In this document: positions 28,328 through 37,587 of the stretch, one piece after another
Position numbering within the stretch: position 1 is the stretch's first letter
Layout: each line of letters opens with the position of its first letter
IMG/VR virus record: IMGVR_UViG_3300046786_000226
Coordinates: 1-64,000 of that record
Length of the DNA: 64,000 nucleotides
Direction: 5' to 3' (one strand)
Source of the DNA: a virus
Taxonomy: Duplodnaviria; Caudoviricetes
Notes under the pieces: model-generated
What the model was told of the DNA's origin: nothing
The model's input: only the letters and a program-made list of their open reading frames with translations
Database searches by the model: none
Position numbers and translations under genes: made by a program

Positions 28328-29199
28328 AAATTTTCTATTTGTTTGTGTATCCATATATCCTGTGCAAGTTGTTCTTGCCAGAACTCATTATTATTTAGGT
28401 TAAGAACTGCGTTTTCTATCATTGCTTTATAAGCATCTTCTGGGCATAGACCCAATGGAAACTTGTTGTCATCAAAGCTAATGTAAACATCGTCTGCTTT
28501 ATCGTCTTTCCAATTAGCACTTAGTATCCACTTGGTACCACTATTACTGAATTCGAATTCACAAAAGTCGTCGACATTGTAAGTGCCATTATGATCAACC
28601 CTGCCGTAATCAGTATCAATAATATTCTTGAGTTCATGTCGTTGTATTGCGTTACTGTATAGTTTAGTGCCTTTTGTGTAGTCTGTCAATGCTACATAGT
28701 AACTCAACATGTGTGGAATCAAATCACGACTAACTCCGCCGAATGCCAAATCTTTAGTAGTAAACCAACTGCCAGGATTTGGAATACGATTCTTATTATT
28801 CCAAATAACTTTAACTGTAGTGCTTTTGTCAGCTAGCTCTTTAAATTGTTTAATTGAATCTCTGTATTGATTATTTTTAACCATCATAAAACGAGTCTCA
28901 GGATAATCAACACAGAGCCACCGCCATGCTTCACTGTTAACGACTCCGGGCTTTTCAACAAAAACTATCTTAGTGTGGTTAGCAACTTTTCTTGCTAGTT
29001 CAATGTGTGTAAAGTTTGGTGTACAAATATTTACAGTATCAAATTTACTGTGAACACGGATAGCATCTTCGACACTTGAAAAATCGGCGCCTTTAGATGT
29101 ATCCATGTCAACAGTGATAACCTCATAACCAAGTTCAGTTAGCACAGGCTTATAAACAGCCTGTCCAAAACCTAAGCCAATTATAAGTGCTTTAGCCAT
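28324..29199 (-). CDS. Gfo/Idh/MocA oxidoreductase
   Basis: IIGLGFGQ, ICTPNFTH, VFVEKP, GGVSRDLIPHML. Confidence 0.85.
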   Translation of the reverse strand: MAKALIIGLGFGQAVYKPVLTELGYEVITVDMDTSKGADFSSVEDAIRVHSKFDTVNICTPNFTHIELARKVANHTKIVFVEKPGVVNSEAWRWLCVDYPETRFMMVKNNQYRDSIKQFKELADKSTTVKVIWNNKNRIPNPGSWFTTKDLAFGGVSRDLIPHMLSYYVALTDYTKGTKLYSNAIQRHELKNIIDTDYGRVDHNGTYNVDDFCEFEFSNSGTKWILSANWKDDKADDVYISFDDNKFPLGLCPEDAYKAMIENAVLNLNNNEFWQEQLAQDIWIHKQIENL

Positions 29200-30739
29200 T
29201 TAATGCCTCTGAGAGAATTTCATCAGCTTGATCTTCATCCCAAGCTTCTGCAGCTTCTGCGTCATTGTCATTGCCCTTGTCGATGTCTTCGAACAACATA
29301 CCATGACTGACAGCAGTGGTCTTAAGAGTTTTCTTGCCATTAAGTTCTGCTAACAATGCCTGAGCATTATCTAATTCACTGTATGGAGTTTCACTAGTAA
29401 ACACACGATTGATAAGTTCGACGCCATATATTACTGAACGAGGAACCCAATTGCTTAACTCTGCACTAACACCTTTGGCTTTGCTAAACTTACTAGGATC
29501 TGGTTTATGTAAAACACAGGCAGCATCTAACAATGCGTTGGCACGTTGTACTGATTCGATGTGTTGAAAAACATTATGTCCCATCATCATAAAGTAGCTA
29601 AAGCTATCCCAGCTTGTGCGACTTTCTTTACCGAGCTTGTTTAAATCGCCTGGTTTATAATAACAGATATCACCCATAGTCATTCTGTCGCCAATTGGAC
29701 TAGACCATGGCCACGGAGTTGTATTACCAGCCATACGTCTGTCATCGATAGCTTTGTCCATAATATAACTGAAACGCTTGTTCTGATGAACGTGTTGTGT
29801 GTATACCTGTCCATAAGCAGTAGCTAAGAACGGACTAGCACAGTCAAATGTAATCTTCATGTTAGGATTAACGTGTTCACGAATGTTACGTTGTACGGCA
29901 GTTAACAAACAAGCAAGTTCAAGTTTACTAGTACCCAAGAAGTGAATTACGTCACGACCTGGCTCGAGCAACTTTTCATCGCGTAGTTTGATTAGACGTC
30001 GCAACATCAAGTCCACGTCCTTCATGTTGTTACCACCCATCGCCCAGCCTTCAAATGGATAATGCTTAACAGCTTCATACCAAATCTCAGCATCAACATT
30101 ATTGCCACCTTGTAGAACGTTTAAGAACTTAGTTCGACCTTTGCGATGCTTTAAAAAGAAATCATTGTTAAACAATGTACCTTGTAAGCAGTCGTTAAAA
30201 GTTTTAAGTCCTGTACGTTCTTGGTTAATAGGTGCGGCACTCCAAGTTGGAATATCAAGCACCATACTGTAATCAGCAGTATGTTCTAACCAGTTAAGGA
30301 TGGCCATACGGGTCTTGTCAGCAGTACCAACATATCCTGCATCGCCTTGCTTCTCCCAGAAGCGTTGCCAGTCAAAGTTAATAACACCTTTACCAATTTG
30401 GAATCCACCCGAGTCGCCAAGAATAAAATTATTTTTCTTATCACGTTTTTGAATCATTGATTCTTCAACGTCACTCTTGGCAATATCAAGTTGTGCGTGT
30501 CCAGCAGAGTAAAGTGCGTCTGGGTAGTAGAAGTATGCTTCTTCTTTGTTAAGAAAGTTAAATCCTTCTATGCCATTCTCAAACTCTACTGGGATACGTC
30601 CAGGAGGAACATCCACCCCTGGATTGTTCCGTTCCTTACTGATAAAGGTTTGGTAAAAGCCGCTGATACTCGGAAGGAACACAGCATAATCTTTGTTCCT
30701 TGCTTGTAAATCAACTCTTGCTTTTTTACTTAGTGACAT
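29192..30739 (-). CDS. dpdA: DNA 7-deazaguanine transglycosylase (DpdA, TGT fold)
   Basis: ILGDSGGFQI, SMVLDIP, NVLQG, GWAMGG, IHFLGTS, TFDCASP; same region as queE/folE. Confidence 0.8.
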   Translation of the reverse strand: MSLSKKARVDLQARNKDYAVFLPSISGFYQTFISKERNNPGVDVPPGRIPVEFENGIEGFNFLNKEEAYFYYPDALYSAGHAQLDIAKSDVEESMIQKRDKKNNFILGDSGGFQIGKGVINFDWQRFWEKQGDAGYVGTADKTRMAILNWLEHTADYSMVLDIPTWSAAPINQERTGLKTFNDCLQGTLFNNDFFLKHRKGRTKFLNVLQGGNNVDAEIWYEAVKHYPFEGWAMGGNNMKDVDLMLRRLIKLRDEKLLEPGRDVIHFLGTSKLELACLLTAVQRNIREHVNPNMKITFDCASPFLATAYGQVYTQHVHQNKRFSYIMDKAIDDRRMAGNTTPWPWSSPIGDRMTMGDICYYKPGDLNKLGKESRTSWDSFSYFMMMGHNVFQHIESVQRANALLDAACVLHKPDPSKFSKAKGVSAELSNWVPRSVIYGVELINRVFTSETPYSELDNAQALLAELNGKKTLKTTAVSHGMLFEDIDKGNDNDAEAAEAWDEDQADEILSEALNG

Positions 30740-31082
30740 AACCGCTACCGTTATATTTCATAGTAGTGGCCAAGTCAGGCCAAGCACTCTTATAAAGACC
30801 CACGTGGATCTTTAGTTTCTTGGGAGTACGATCATTAGTAATTTGAATACTAACGTCGTATGTATAGCTATGCTCTTTAAGCATAACTTCGGTGATTTCA
30901 TAACTGTGAATCCACCGATCAGCTCGCATGTCGCTGAGATATGCTTGGAACATATCTGCAGGCAAGTGACCCAAGCCTTCTTGTAAAATGCCGTCATATA
31001 GTTCGGCAATTTTTAACAAGTCGTATTTAATATCATTGATATTAATCATTGCACGACTTACATTGCTATGATATTGATTCAT
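30726..31082 (-). CDS. hypothetical protein
   Basis: Start MNQYHSNV with AAGGTG SD. Confidence 0.7.
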   Translation of the reverse strand: MNQYHSNVSRAMININDIKYDLLKIAELYDGILQEGLGHLPADMFQAYLSDMRADRWIHSYEITEVMLKEHSYTYDVSIQITNDRTPKKLKIHVGLYKSAWPDLATTMKYNGSGYVTK

Positions 31083-31092
31083 AGTTCGCACC

Positions 31093-31467
31093 TTACTTCT
31101 GTTCAAATTGAATGTAGCATCCATTTTCACCATCCTCACTTACTTCTATGGTTACTGCTCTGCCGGGATGGCGAGCATTTATTTGTGTATACAAATCTTC
31201 TGCGATCATCTCGCAACTTTTAAAATCTAATGCTAGTATAGCACCTTTATAAAGATTTTCCAACCAGCGTTTAAATTGAATAAATTCAATGTCACGATCA
31301 TCGTGAAACACTTCAATGGCTACTTTAAAATGGAACATGTGTCTGTGAGGATAGCCGAGAAAGCTAACATCATATTCATCTCCTGTAGCCAAGTTCGGAT
31401 CAGTTAGAGCCGCTGGATATTTGTGAATGCCTTCTTTTTGGAAGGTAACCCAAATCATTTTCTTCAT
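31093..31467 (-). CDS. dpdL: QueD-like T-fold protein, DpdL-type (putative CDG decarboxylase)
   Basis: FLGYPHRHMFHF = LxxxHRHxF, SCEMIAEDL, VSEDGENG; lacks the QueD C...HGH motif. Confidence 0.65.
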   Translation of the reverse strand: MKKMIWVTFQKEGIHKYPAALTDPNLATGDEYDVSFLGYPHRHMFHFKVAIEVFHDDRDIEFIQFKRWLENLYKGAILALDFKSCEMIAEDLYTQINARHPGRAVTIEVSEDGENGCYIQFEQK

Positions 31468-31468
31468 T

Positions 31469-31735
31469 TTAATTCCATTTTTCAATAGTTGGATAACCGA
31501 CATTAGCTGAAGCTTTTTTGGTTTCTTCTGCTGGCTTTGCTTTTGGTGATTCAATGACTGCCGCTAACTGCTCGGTTTCTTCATCTTCACTGGTTGTAGC
31601 ATTTGCCGATTCTGTGGTATTACCATCACCTAGAACTTTTTGATGGAAATTCCATAGTTTCCAGTCAATGGCTTCAAGGAAGCTTTCGATTCTTTTAAGA
31701 CTCTTTAGCATTGCATCTGCTTGTTTGTCATTCAT
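31469..31735 (-). CDS. DWKLW-motif hypothetical protein
   Basis: LEAIDWKLW plus acidic low-complexity tail. Confidence 0.7.
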   Translation of the reverse strand: MNDKQADAMLKSLKRIESFLEAIDWKLWNFHQKVLGDGNTTESANATTSEDEETEQLAAVIESPKAKPAEETKKASANVGYPTIEKWN

Positions 31736-32052
31736 TATTCATTCTCCTTGATATTATCCATGTCGCTGAGACCTTGGTGTAGTCTAAATGTATAACCATT
31801 TTCTTCACCAATGATACGAACCATGTTCATAATCATCCATAACTTCCAATCTACTCTGTGTAGATATTCTGTTTGCTTTTTAAGTTCTTCAAGAACTTCT
31901 GTACGTGTATACAAAGCACTGGGATCTGCTGCCGGTTCTTTCGCACTAGCAGTTTTTGCTTTTGCTTTAGCAGGCGCCACTTCTTCTTCAATGTCAATGT
32001 CATTGACAGGAGCAGGCTTGCGCTTCACTGGGGTTAATTTCTTTGTTGCCAT
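31735..32052 (-). CDS. DWKLW-motif hypothetical protein
   Basis: LHRVDWKLW plus K/A/P-rich N-terminus. Confidence 0.7.
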   Translation of the reverse strand: MATKKLTPVKRKPAPVNDIDIEEEVAPAKAKAKTASAKEPAADPSALYTRTEVLEELKKQTEYLHRVDWKLWMIMNMVRIIGEENGYTFRLHQGLSDMDNIKENE

Positions 32053-32789
32053 TATCGTGTATGTCCTGGTAAAATGTAATTATACACACCGATACCGCTA
32101 TCGATAGTAATCATACATGCAACTTGGCTAAAATGTACTGTACATTCGCCGTTCATGCCTAGTTTAAGAATTGACAAGAATTTGTCAATAGGCCAAGCAT
32201 AGCCTTCTTTAATATTACCACTAACGCCTTGGGCAAGTGTCATACGTCCAAAGTGACTGCCAGCAGTATCGCTACCGAAAACAAGAACAAGGTCGTTGTT
32301 CTCAGTTTTAACAGTAAACGTTGGTTCTAACGAAGAGTAAACACTGGCTTTTTGTGCCATTTCGCTTACTTTGCTTTTCTTAGGTTCAAAGCTAACGTCC
32401 CATTTAACACCCTTGAACTTGCTTTGTTGCAGTTGTGTGTCAATGATCTCTTTGCTCATCAAACGATACTTGTCGTTGTTACCATCTGTGTCTTTAAACA
32501 GCAAATAGTCTGGCAATGTTTCGCCATTCTTGTCTACTGTAAGAACTTCTACTGTAGCACCTTCCTTGTTGTAAAGGCCTGTGATACCATTTAGGAAACC
32601 TAAGTTACCTAATCCAACTTCACCAATTAATCCTGCTTCTGGTGATTTTAGTTTTGCGTCTAGTACAACGGTTTTCTTTTCATCACAAGTCCAAATTTCA
32701 GTTTCTGAATCTGTACCTGTAATTTTAGCCAAGTCAAAAAAGCCAAGGCTTGCCGTATGTCTGACAATGTCAAAAATTGTGTCTTTCAA
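32052..32789 (-). CDS. putative DNA polymerase sliding clamp
   Basis: 245 aa, TTG start with AGGAG SD, next to the polymerase, clamp-like alternating beta/alpha pattern ending YNYILP. Confidence 0.55.
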   Translation of the reverse strand: MKDTIFDIVRHTASLGFFDLAKITGTDSETEIWTCDEKKTVVLDAKLKSPEAGLIGEVGLGNLGFLNGITGLYNKEGATVEVLTVDKNGETLPDYLLFKDTDGNNDKYRLMSKEIIDTQLQQSKFKGVKWDVSFEPKKSKVSEMAQKASVYSSLEPTFTVKTENNDLVLVFGSDTAGSHFGRMTLAQGVSGNIKEGYAWPIDKFLSILKLGMNGECTVHFSQVACMITIDSGIGVYNYILPGHTR

Positions 32790-32809
32790 ATTATTCTCCT
32801 GTATAGTAA

Positions 32810-32839
32810 ATTATACTATATTTAGGTTTAGATAGTCAA
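32810..32839 (-). promoter_or_regulatory. sigma70-type promoter with embedded TAAATA
   Basis: TTGACT-N18-TATAAT. Confidence 0.55.
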
Positions 32840-32871
32840 ATTGTATATTACCAAAATATACTTTGCTAAGT

Positions 32872-32899
32872 GACGGACATGTACCAAACATGTCCTGTC
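32872..32899. other. intergenic hairpin between polymerase and clamp
   Basis: GGACATGT-ACCAA-ACATGTCC stem; T-tract lies on the plus strand. Confidence 0.6.
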
Positions 32900-32909
32900 T
32901 TTTATTTAG

Positions 32910-35555
32910 TTACCCGAACAACATATCGAAGCTAGTTTTTTGATCACTAGCACTGATATCCCAGTCAAGAACTCCAATTAGGTTGTCCACTTTATTGTCA
33001 ATAATAGTAGCTTCCATGGCCGCATTATCAAAAGATAATTCTTTAAACCATTCTGGTAGTCTAAGTTCATCTGTTGGATAAGCGATACTTGTAATACCCA
33101 TTGGATTGGATTTTAGTTTACAAACAATAACTTTCATACCATCAGTAATATCCATACTGCGTTGGTCACTGTGTGCTTTCTTAAATCTGTTCCAATTGAT
33201 AGCCGCCATAGCATGTCCAACTCCGCACTTGCCAGTCTTTTCAAAATTCTCAGTATGTTTGGTTAAGTTATTAACACGCTTAGGAGTACCTTTCTCCCAT
33301 CCTGGTCGCTCTTTGAACTTTGTTCTAAACTCATTGATAGCATCAATAACGTCTTGCTTGTCCTGTCCATTAAGAACCATTAGTAGAATCTGCTCAAGAA
33401 ACTTTTGCATGAACTCGGGAGTGTCTGATCTCTTAAGGTCAAGACCCATGGCCTTAATCTCGCCAAGCTCTCCGTTTATATCTTTGCGTTTACCTTCCTT
33501 ATCATAGATAAGAACAGCATAACGCTTTTTAGTAATGAACAAGCCTTTTGATGCAACAACCTCTCGACCGGCTTTAATAATCTCACCATAGTTAGTGGGA
33601 CAATTAAATGCGTGATTCATAAAGCCAGGGAATGTGGCATTAACTTCATCGGCTACAGTATCGTATAACTCGATAATTTTATCACGAGTCCATTCGAGTT
33701 CATTTCTAGCAATTTGTTCTTTATAAATTGGATAAGCACTAAAATAACAAGAGTCAGTATCACCATAGATAATAGTCTTACCTAAGTGATCATATTCTCC
33801 TGTGAACATTTCATTTACTTGACCTGCCATATGCTTGGCAACTTGCCTGCCACATAGTGTTGTACTTTGTCCTAATCGAATATCGAAGAACCTAGAACCT
33901 GCGTTAAGTAAAGCACCATACAGTGAGTTCAAATTAATCTTTTTGACTAACTGTCGCTTGTCCCAATATTCAAACATATCAGTGCCATATGCTTCTTTGG
34001 CTTTCTTTTGTAAGTCTTTGCGCTCGCTGTACCAACGGGCTAGCAAGCCAGGAATAACGCCTTGCTTTTCAAAAGTAAACAATGTACCGTTAGCAGTCAA
34101 CATCCAAGGATTGCCACTTAGATAAATTAACTCATGTGCTTCTGCCGCTGACATTTCTGTGCTTCTGCCATCTTCCCAATCTATAATAATGGTATAGGCT
34201 TTATTCCTTGCCATAACTTGTTCGTATTCATGAATAGCAAATTTACCATCCCAATAATCAGCAAAGCCTTCGCCCTTAGCTAACCAATCTTTAAGTTCTT
34301 GCTTAGTTTGTTGCTGTCTAATCTGTCCAACAATAGTCTCTGGACTCATGTTAAGCGCACGAATTAGAGAGGGATACAGACTGTTCAAGTCCATTGATCC
34401 AATCCAATCGTGAATGCCTTTTTTGGGATACGCAACATAAGCACCTGCTGCCTGTGTTTCAATCCCATCACCACGCTTACGATCCAAGACCATTAAGCCA
34501 CGACTGTGAGCTTCGTTGATAATCGCTTGGTCAGTCATAGCCACTGCGCCCATTGTTGTGCGTAGTGTAACTGTGTTTGCGTGTGCCAATACGTTAACTA
34601 AGTCAATGTATTGTAGTTTGGCATCCATCTTGTAAAGCAACATAGTATCTTGTCTGTTATAAGCAATAAACTTTTCAAAGTCATTGTTATACAGTTGATC
34701 CAATGTGCCTTCGTAATGAACTTTAGTTTCACCAATCTCAATCTCACCGACATAGTCAAGACGATATGTATGAAGTTCATGATAGGTATACTTGCGATAT
34801 AGATCAAGATAGTCTAAGTGTACACGACCAACAAAGTCATATGTTTCGCTGATCTTGCCATACTTTTCGTATTCACGCTTTTTAGGTTTTTGACCCCACA
34901 AGCAGAATCGTTTAGTATGCTCTGCGCTCATTATTTTAATAATGCGATTAACAGTATAAGGTACGTCATAGCCTTCGCTGTTCCAGCCACTGATAATGTC
35001 AGCATCGTCGATGAGAGTTAGAAATGTTTCTAACATATCTACTTCGTCTGTACAAAGAATAGTGTCTTCAAAACGGGCAACGATTGCTTCTGCTTGATCC
35101 TGAGACATCTTTTCTGGTTTAATAACCATTGTAATTAGTTTGTCTAACCAGCCGCAATGTACAGAGATAGCAGTAATAGGATTGAAAGGATCGCTGGGAT
35201 CAGCAAAGCCTTTTTCTTTATTGTACGCAACTTCGATATCGAAGAATGCCTTATTAAGTTTTGGAGCATCAGCATTGAGATAATTTGATTCTAAACAACG
35301 ATTAAGAGGTTTGACATCACTTTCATAAAGTTGTTTGTGTCCGTAAATACGCTTTTCTTTTTCAAAAGCCTTATTACTAGACACAGCAACTTTGCTTAGT
35401 CTCTTACCATCAATGCCTGTGTATTGACCTTTATTGTCTTGGTAGTAAAACAAATAATGTGCTGGAAAGCTTTTAAACTTCCTAACGCCATCGACTCGTT
35501 CTACAACATTGATAAGGTCTTTATCTTTTACATAAACTGCGTCAACATAACTCAT
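32910..35555 (-). CDS. family B DNA polymerase (T4 gp43-like)
   Basis: Exo FFDIEV, SGWNSEGYD, YNRQD; pol MDLNSLYPS, KINLNSLYG, YGDTDS, KKRYA. Confidence 0.97.
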   Translation of the reverse strand: MSYVDAVYVKDKDLINVVERVDGVRKFKSFPAHYLFYYQDNKGQYTGIDGKRLSKVAVSSNKAFEKEKRIYGHKQLYESDVKPLNRCLESNYLNADAPKLNKAFFDIEVAYNKEKGFADPSDPFNPITAISVHCGWLDKLITMVIKPEKMSQDQAEAIVARFEDTILCTDEVDMLETFLTLIDDADIISGWNSEGYDVPYTVNRIIKIMSAEHTKRFCLWGQKPKKREYEKYGKISETYDFVGRVHLDYLDLYRKYTYHELHTYRLDYVGEIEIGETKVHYEGTLDQLYNNDFEKFIAYNRQDTMLLYKMDAKLQYIDLVNVLAHANTVTLRTTMGAVAMTDQAIINEAHSRGLMVLDRKRGDGIETQAAGAYVAYPKKGIHDWIGSMDLNSLYPSLIRALNMSPETIVGQIRQQQTKQELKDWLAKGEGFADYWDGKFAIHEYEQVMARNKAYTIIIDWEDGRSTEMSAAEAHELIYLSGNPWMLTANGTLFTFEKQGVIPGLLARWYSERKDLQKKAKEAYGTDMFEYWDKRQLVKKINLNSLYGALLNAGSRFFDIRLGQSTTLCGRQVAKHMAGQVNEMFTGEYDHLGKTIIYGDTDSCYFSAYPIYKEQIARNELEWTRDKIIELYDTVADEVNATFPGFMNHAFNCPTNYGEIIKAGREVVASKGLFITKKRYAVLIYDKEGKRKDINGELGEIKAMGLDLKRSDTPEFMQKFLEQILLMVLNGQDKQDVIDAINEFRTKFKERPGWEKGTPKRVNNLTKHTENFEKTGKCGVGHAMAAINWNRFKKAHSDQRSMDITDGMKVIVCKLKSNPMGITSIAYPTDELRLPEWFKELSFDNAAMEATIIDNKVDNLIGVLDWDISASDQKTSFDMLFG

Positions 35556-35791
35556 AGTATATTATATATTCCTGCAACATAGATTAATGTAACTATAAGT
35601 TGAACAATAATCAAACTCCATTTGCGCCAAAGGATACCAAGAACAAACCAGCCTAGATTGCCTAGACAACTGAACCAAATGTTTAGAGGATAAACATTAT
35701 AACTGGTCAGGGCAACACCGACAATAAGAATAGCTGTACATAACCATTCAAAATAGAATTGCCAAGTTTGTTCTTTTAGGAATTTAATCAA
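35552..35791 (-). CDS. small 3-TM membrane protein
   Basis: EWLCTAILIVGVALTSYNVYPLNIWFSCLGNLGWF. Confidence 0.7.
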   Translation of the reverse strand: MIKFLKEQTWQFYFEWLCTAILIVGVALTSYNVYPLNIWFSCLGNLGWFVLGILWRKWSLIIVQLIVTLIYVAGIYNIL

Positions 35792-36045
35792 CGATGACCT
35801 GCTACTTCAAGAACTTCTTCCACTTCAGTGAAAGCATTTTGTTCTTTTTCAAATTCGTTTTTGTAAGCAATACGCAGAGCTTTTTTAAGTACACCAGGTT
35901 TCATGTCTAGTTCTTCTGCGATAGCTTTGATAGTCTCGCTGAGACCTTCATTGAGCGCATTGACTTCGCTCATAACCTGAATGCCTTCAGCAAACAGTTT
36001 TTTAATTTTTGCCTTTTCATCGGCACTGAACATACGCGGGTCCAT
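35788..36045 (-). CDS. T4 DsbA/GapR-like dsDNA-binding protein
   Basis: Coiled coil then EELDMKPGVLKKALRIAYK; 85 aa. Confidence 0.6.
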   Translation of the reverse strand: MDPRMFSADEKAKIKKLFAEGIQVMSEVNALNEGLSETIKAIAEELDMKPGVLKKALRIAYKNEFEKEQNAFTEVEEVLEVAGHR

Positions 36046-36066
36046 AGTAACTCCTTTAAAGTAACT

Positions 36067-36094
36067 ATTATAGCACCTTGTTGTTTAAAGTCAA
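36067..36094 (-). promoter_or_regulatory. sigma70-type promoter
   Basis: TTGACT-N16-TATAAT. Confidence 0.5.
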
Positions 36095-36097
36095 TGA

Positions 36098-36352
36098 TTA
36101 TTTGGTAAACAAAGCAATTTCTTTTTGGCGTAACTCTTCAAGTTCTGGACGAACTCTGCCATTTTCAATTACCCATTTTGCTAGTTCAGCGGGTACAGAA
36201 TCAAAATCATTTTTGTTAATGACTTTGAGTAAGTTGCTGTTTTTGAATATTGTTGTGCCGCGATCGTCAATGAATGATACTAATGCGGCGGTTTGAGATT
36301 CTGTTAATGTTACTTTAACTAAATCTTTTACTATCTTTTCAGTTTTTTGCAT
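36098..36352 (-). CDS. GH24 lysozyme C-terminal lobe only (probably non-catalytic)
   Basis: LVKVTLTESQTAALVSF, NLLKVIN, ELAKWV, RQKEIALF; no N-terminal catalytic lobe. Confidence 0.65.
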   Translation of the reverse strand: MQKTEKIVKDLVKVTLTESQTAALVSFIDDRGTTIFKNSNLLKVINKNDFDSVPAELAKWVIENGRVRPELEELRQKEIALFTK

Positions 36353-36792
36353 TATCTATTTTTTAATGTAGCTGTCAACATCCATGCGTGTTTTGCAAAC
36401 GCATCCTGTCTTTCAGCCATCAAATTACTTAGTCCGTGATTACTGTTTTGTTCAGCCAAATCGTAGCAAACTTTAATACTAGTTTGTACTACGCTAATAT
36501 CTGCTAATAATTTTTCGATCATTGAACGAGAATTTGGAATCTCAACTTGATCTTCTATTTGACTTAGTTCTAAGTAACGTCTAAAACTGCCAGGTGTATA
36601 AAAGCCAATTGTGCGAACTCGTTCGGCAATAGTATCTACACTGCCATAAACTTCTTCATAGATATCTCCAAACAATCCATGATATTGCTTGAAGTCTGGT
36701 CCTTCTACGTTCCAGTGAAAGTTCTGTGCTTTTAAGCTAAATGCGTAATGATTTGCTAATACTATTTTAAGTGCTTGCGAGAGTTCGTCCAT
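36352..36792 (-). CDS. dps: Dps / ferritin-like DNA starvation protein
   Basis: KAQNFHWNVEGPDFKQYHGLF, DTIAERVR, KHAWML. Confidence 0.92.
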   Translation of the reverse strand: MDELSQALKIVLANHYAFSLKAQNFHWNVEGPDFKQYHGLFGDIYEEVYGSVDTIAERVRTIGFYTPGSFRRYLELSQIEDQVEIPNSRSMIEKLLADISVVQTSIKVCYDLAEQNSNHGLSNLMAERQDAFAKHAWMLTATLKNR

Positions 36793-36807
36793 GACAATAT
36801 ATTCCTT

Positions 36808-37227
36808 TTAATTATTTATCTTTTGCTCAATGGGAGAACTAATACGAAGTATGGTGTTAGTAGTAGAGTAATCACCTACTCTATCATAATAAATTACTTG
36901 TTTACAGTATTGCTCTGCTGTGCTAGGACGATCTTTTTTCCAGTCACTGCCTTTAACATATACGTCAGGGCTGTATAATTTCATTATATCTATAAGCTGT
37001 TCTTTGCTGTCAAAGAATTGTACTTCATCGACTGCTTTAAGATTTAATAAATGAAACTTGCGATCTTCTTGATTGTTAATAGGGCGTGTTTCGCCTTTTA
37101 ATTCTTTAACTCTACGATCTGTGTCTATCGCTATTAGTAAATAATCACCACGACTCTTTGCGTAGTTTAACATTTCGATATGCCCGCGATGCAGGATATC
37201 AAACGTACCATTAACCATTACTCGCAT
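36808..37227 (-). CDS. RfaE domain II-like nucleotidyltransferase
   Basis: NGTFDILHRGH, RVKELKGETRPINNQEDR, YVKGSDW, YSTT. Confidence 0.88.
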   Translation of the reverse strand: MRVMVNGTFDILHRGHIEMLNYAKSRGDYLLIAIDTDRRVKELKGETRPINNQEDRKFHLLNLKAVDEVQFFDSKEQLIDIMKLYSPDVYVKGSDWKKDRPSTAEQYCKQVIYYDRVGDYSTTNTILRISSPIEQKINN

Positions 37228-37579
37228 TTTGACTATCTCCGGGTGCTACTCTATAATTGTCTTCTACGCTGTCAGGAGTACTAACTTCAATAATAGTACC
37301 GGCTTCTAAACAAATTAATTGATGAGGTTGCATGGGCCTATTGCGCCATGTTGTACCTGGTTTAAGTATAGCATCGTGTTGACTGGCATCTTTAGTTTCA
37401 ATGAATACTACTTTAAATAGTCCATCTAACACATACCATGTCTCGTCTTTTTCGGCATGAAAATGCATACTGAATTTAGCACCTTGGTTAAACTTTAATA
37501 GCTTACCGCAGTATTTGTCATTGGTGGCCCAAATGTTTTCCGAGCCCCAGCCCTTGGCTACAAAACCTTCTAATCTCAT
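37211..37579 (-). CDS. cupin (sugar isomerase-like)
   Basis: KGWGSE, SMHFHAEKDETWYVLDG, PHQL, EVSTPDSVEDNYR. Confidence 0.8.
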   Translation of the reverse strand: MRLEGFVAKGWGSENIWATNDKYCGKLLKFNQGAKFSMHFHAEKDETWYVLDGLFKVVFIETKDASQHDAILKPGTTWRNRPMQPHQLICLEAGTIIEVSTPDSVEDNYRVAPGDSQNASNG

Positions 37580-37587
37580 AGTTTTAT

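Noticed and set aside
32910-35555. Intein or intron in the DNA polymerase
   Set aside because: Continuous 881-aa ORF with normally spaced motifs; no splice or homing-endonuclease signature.
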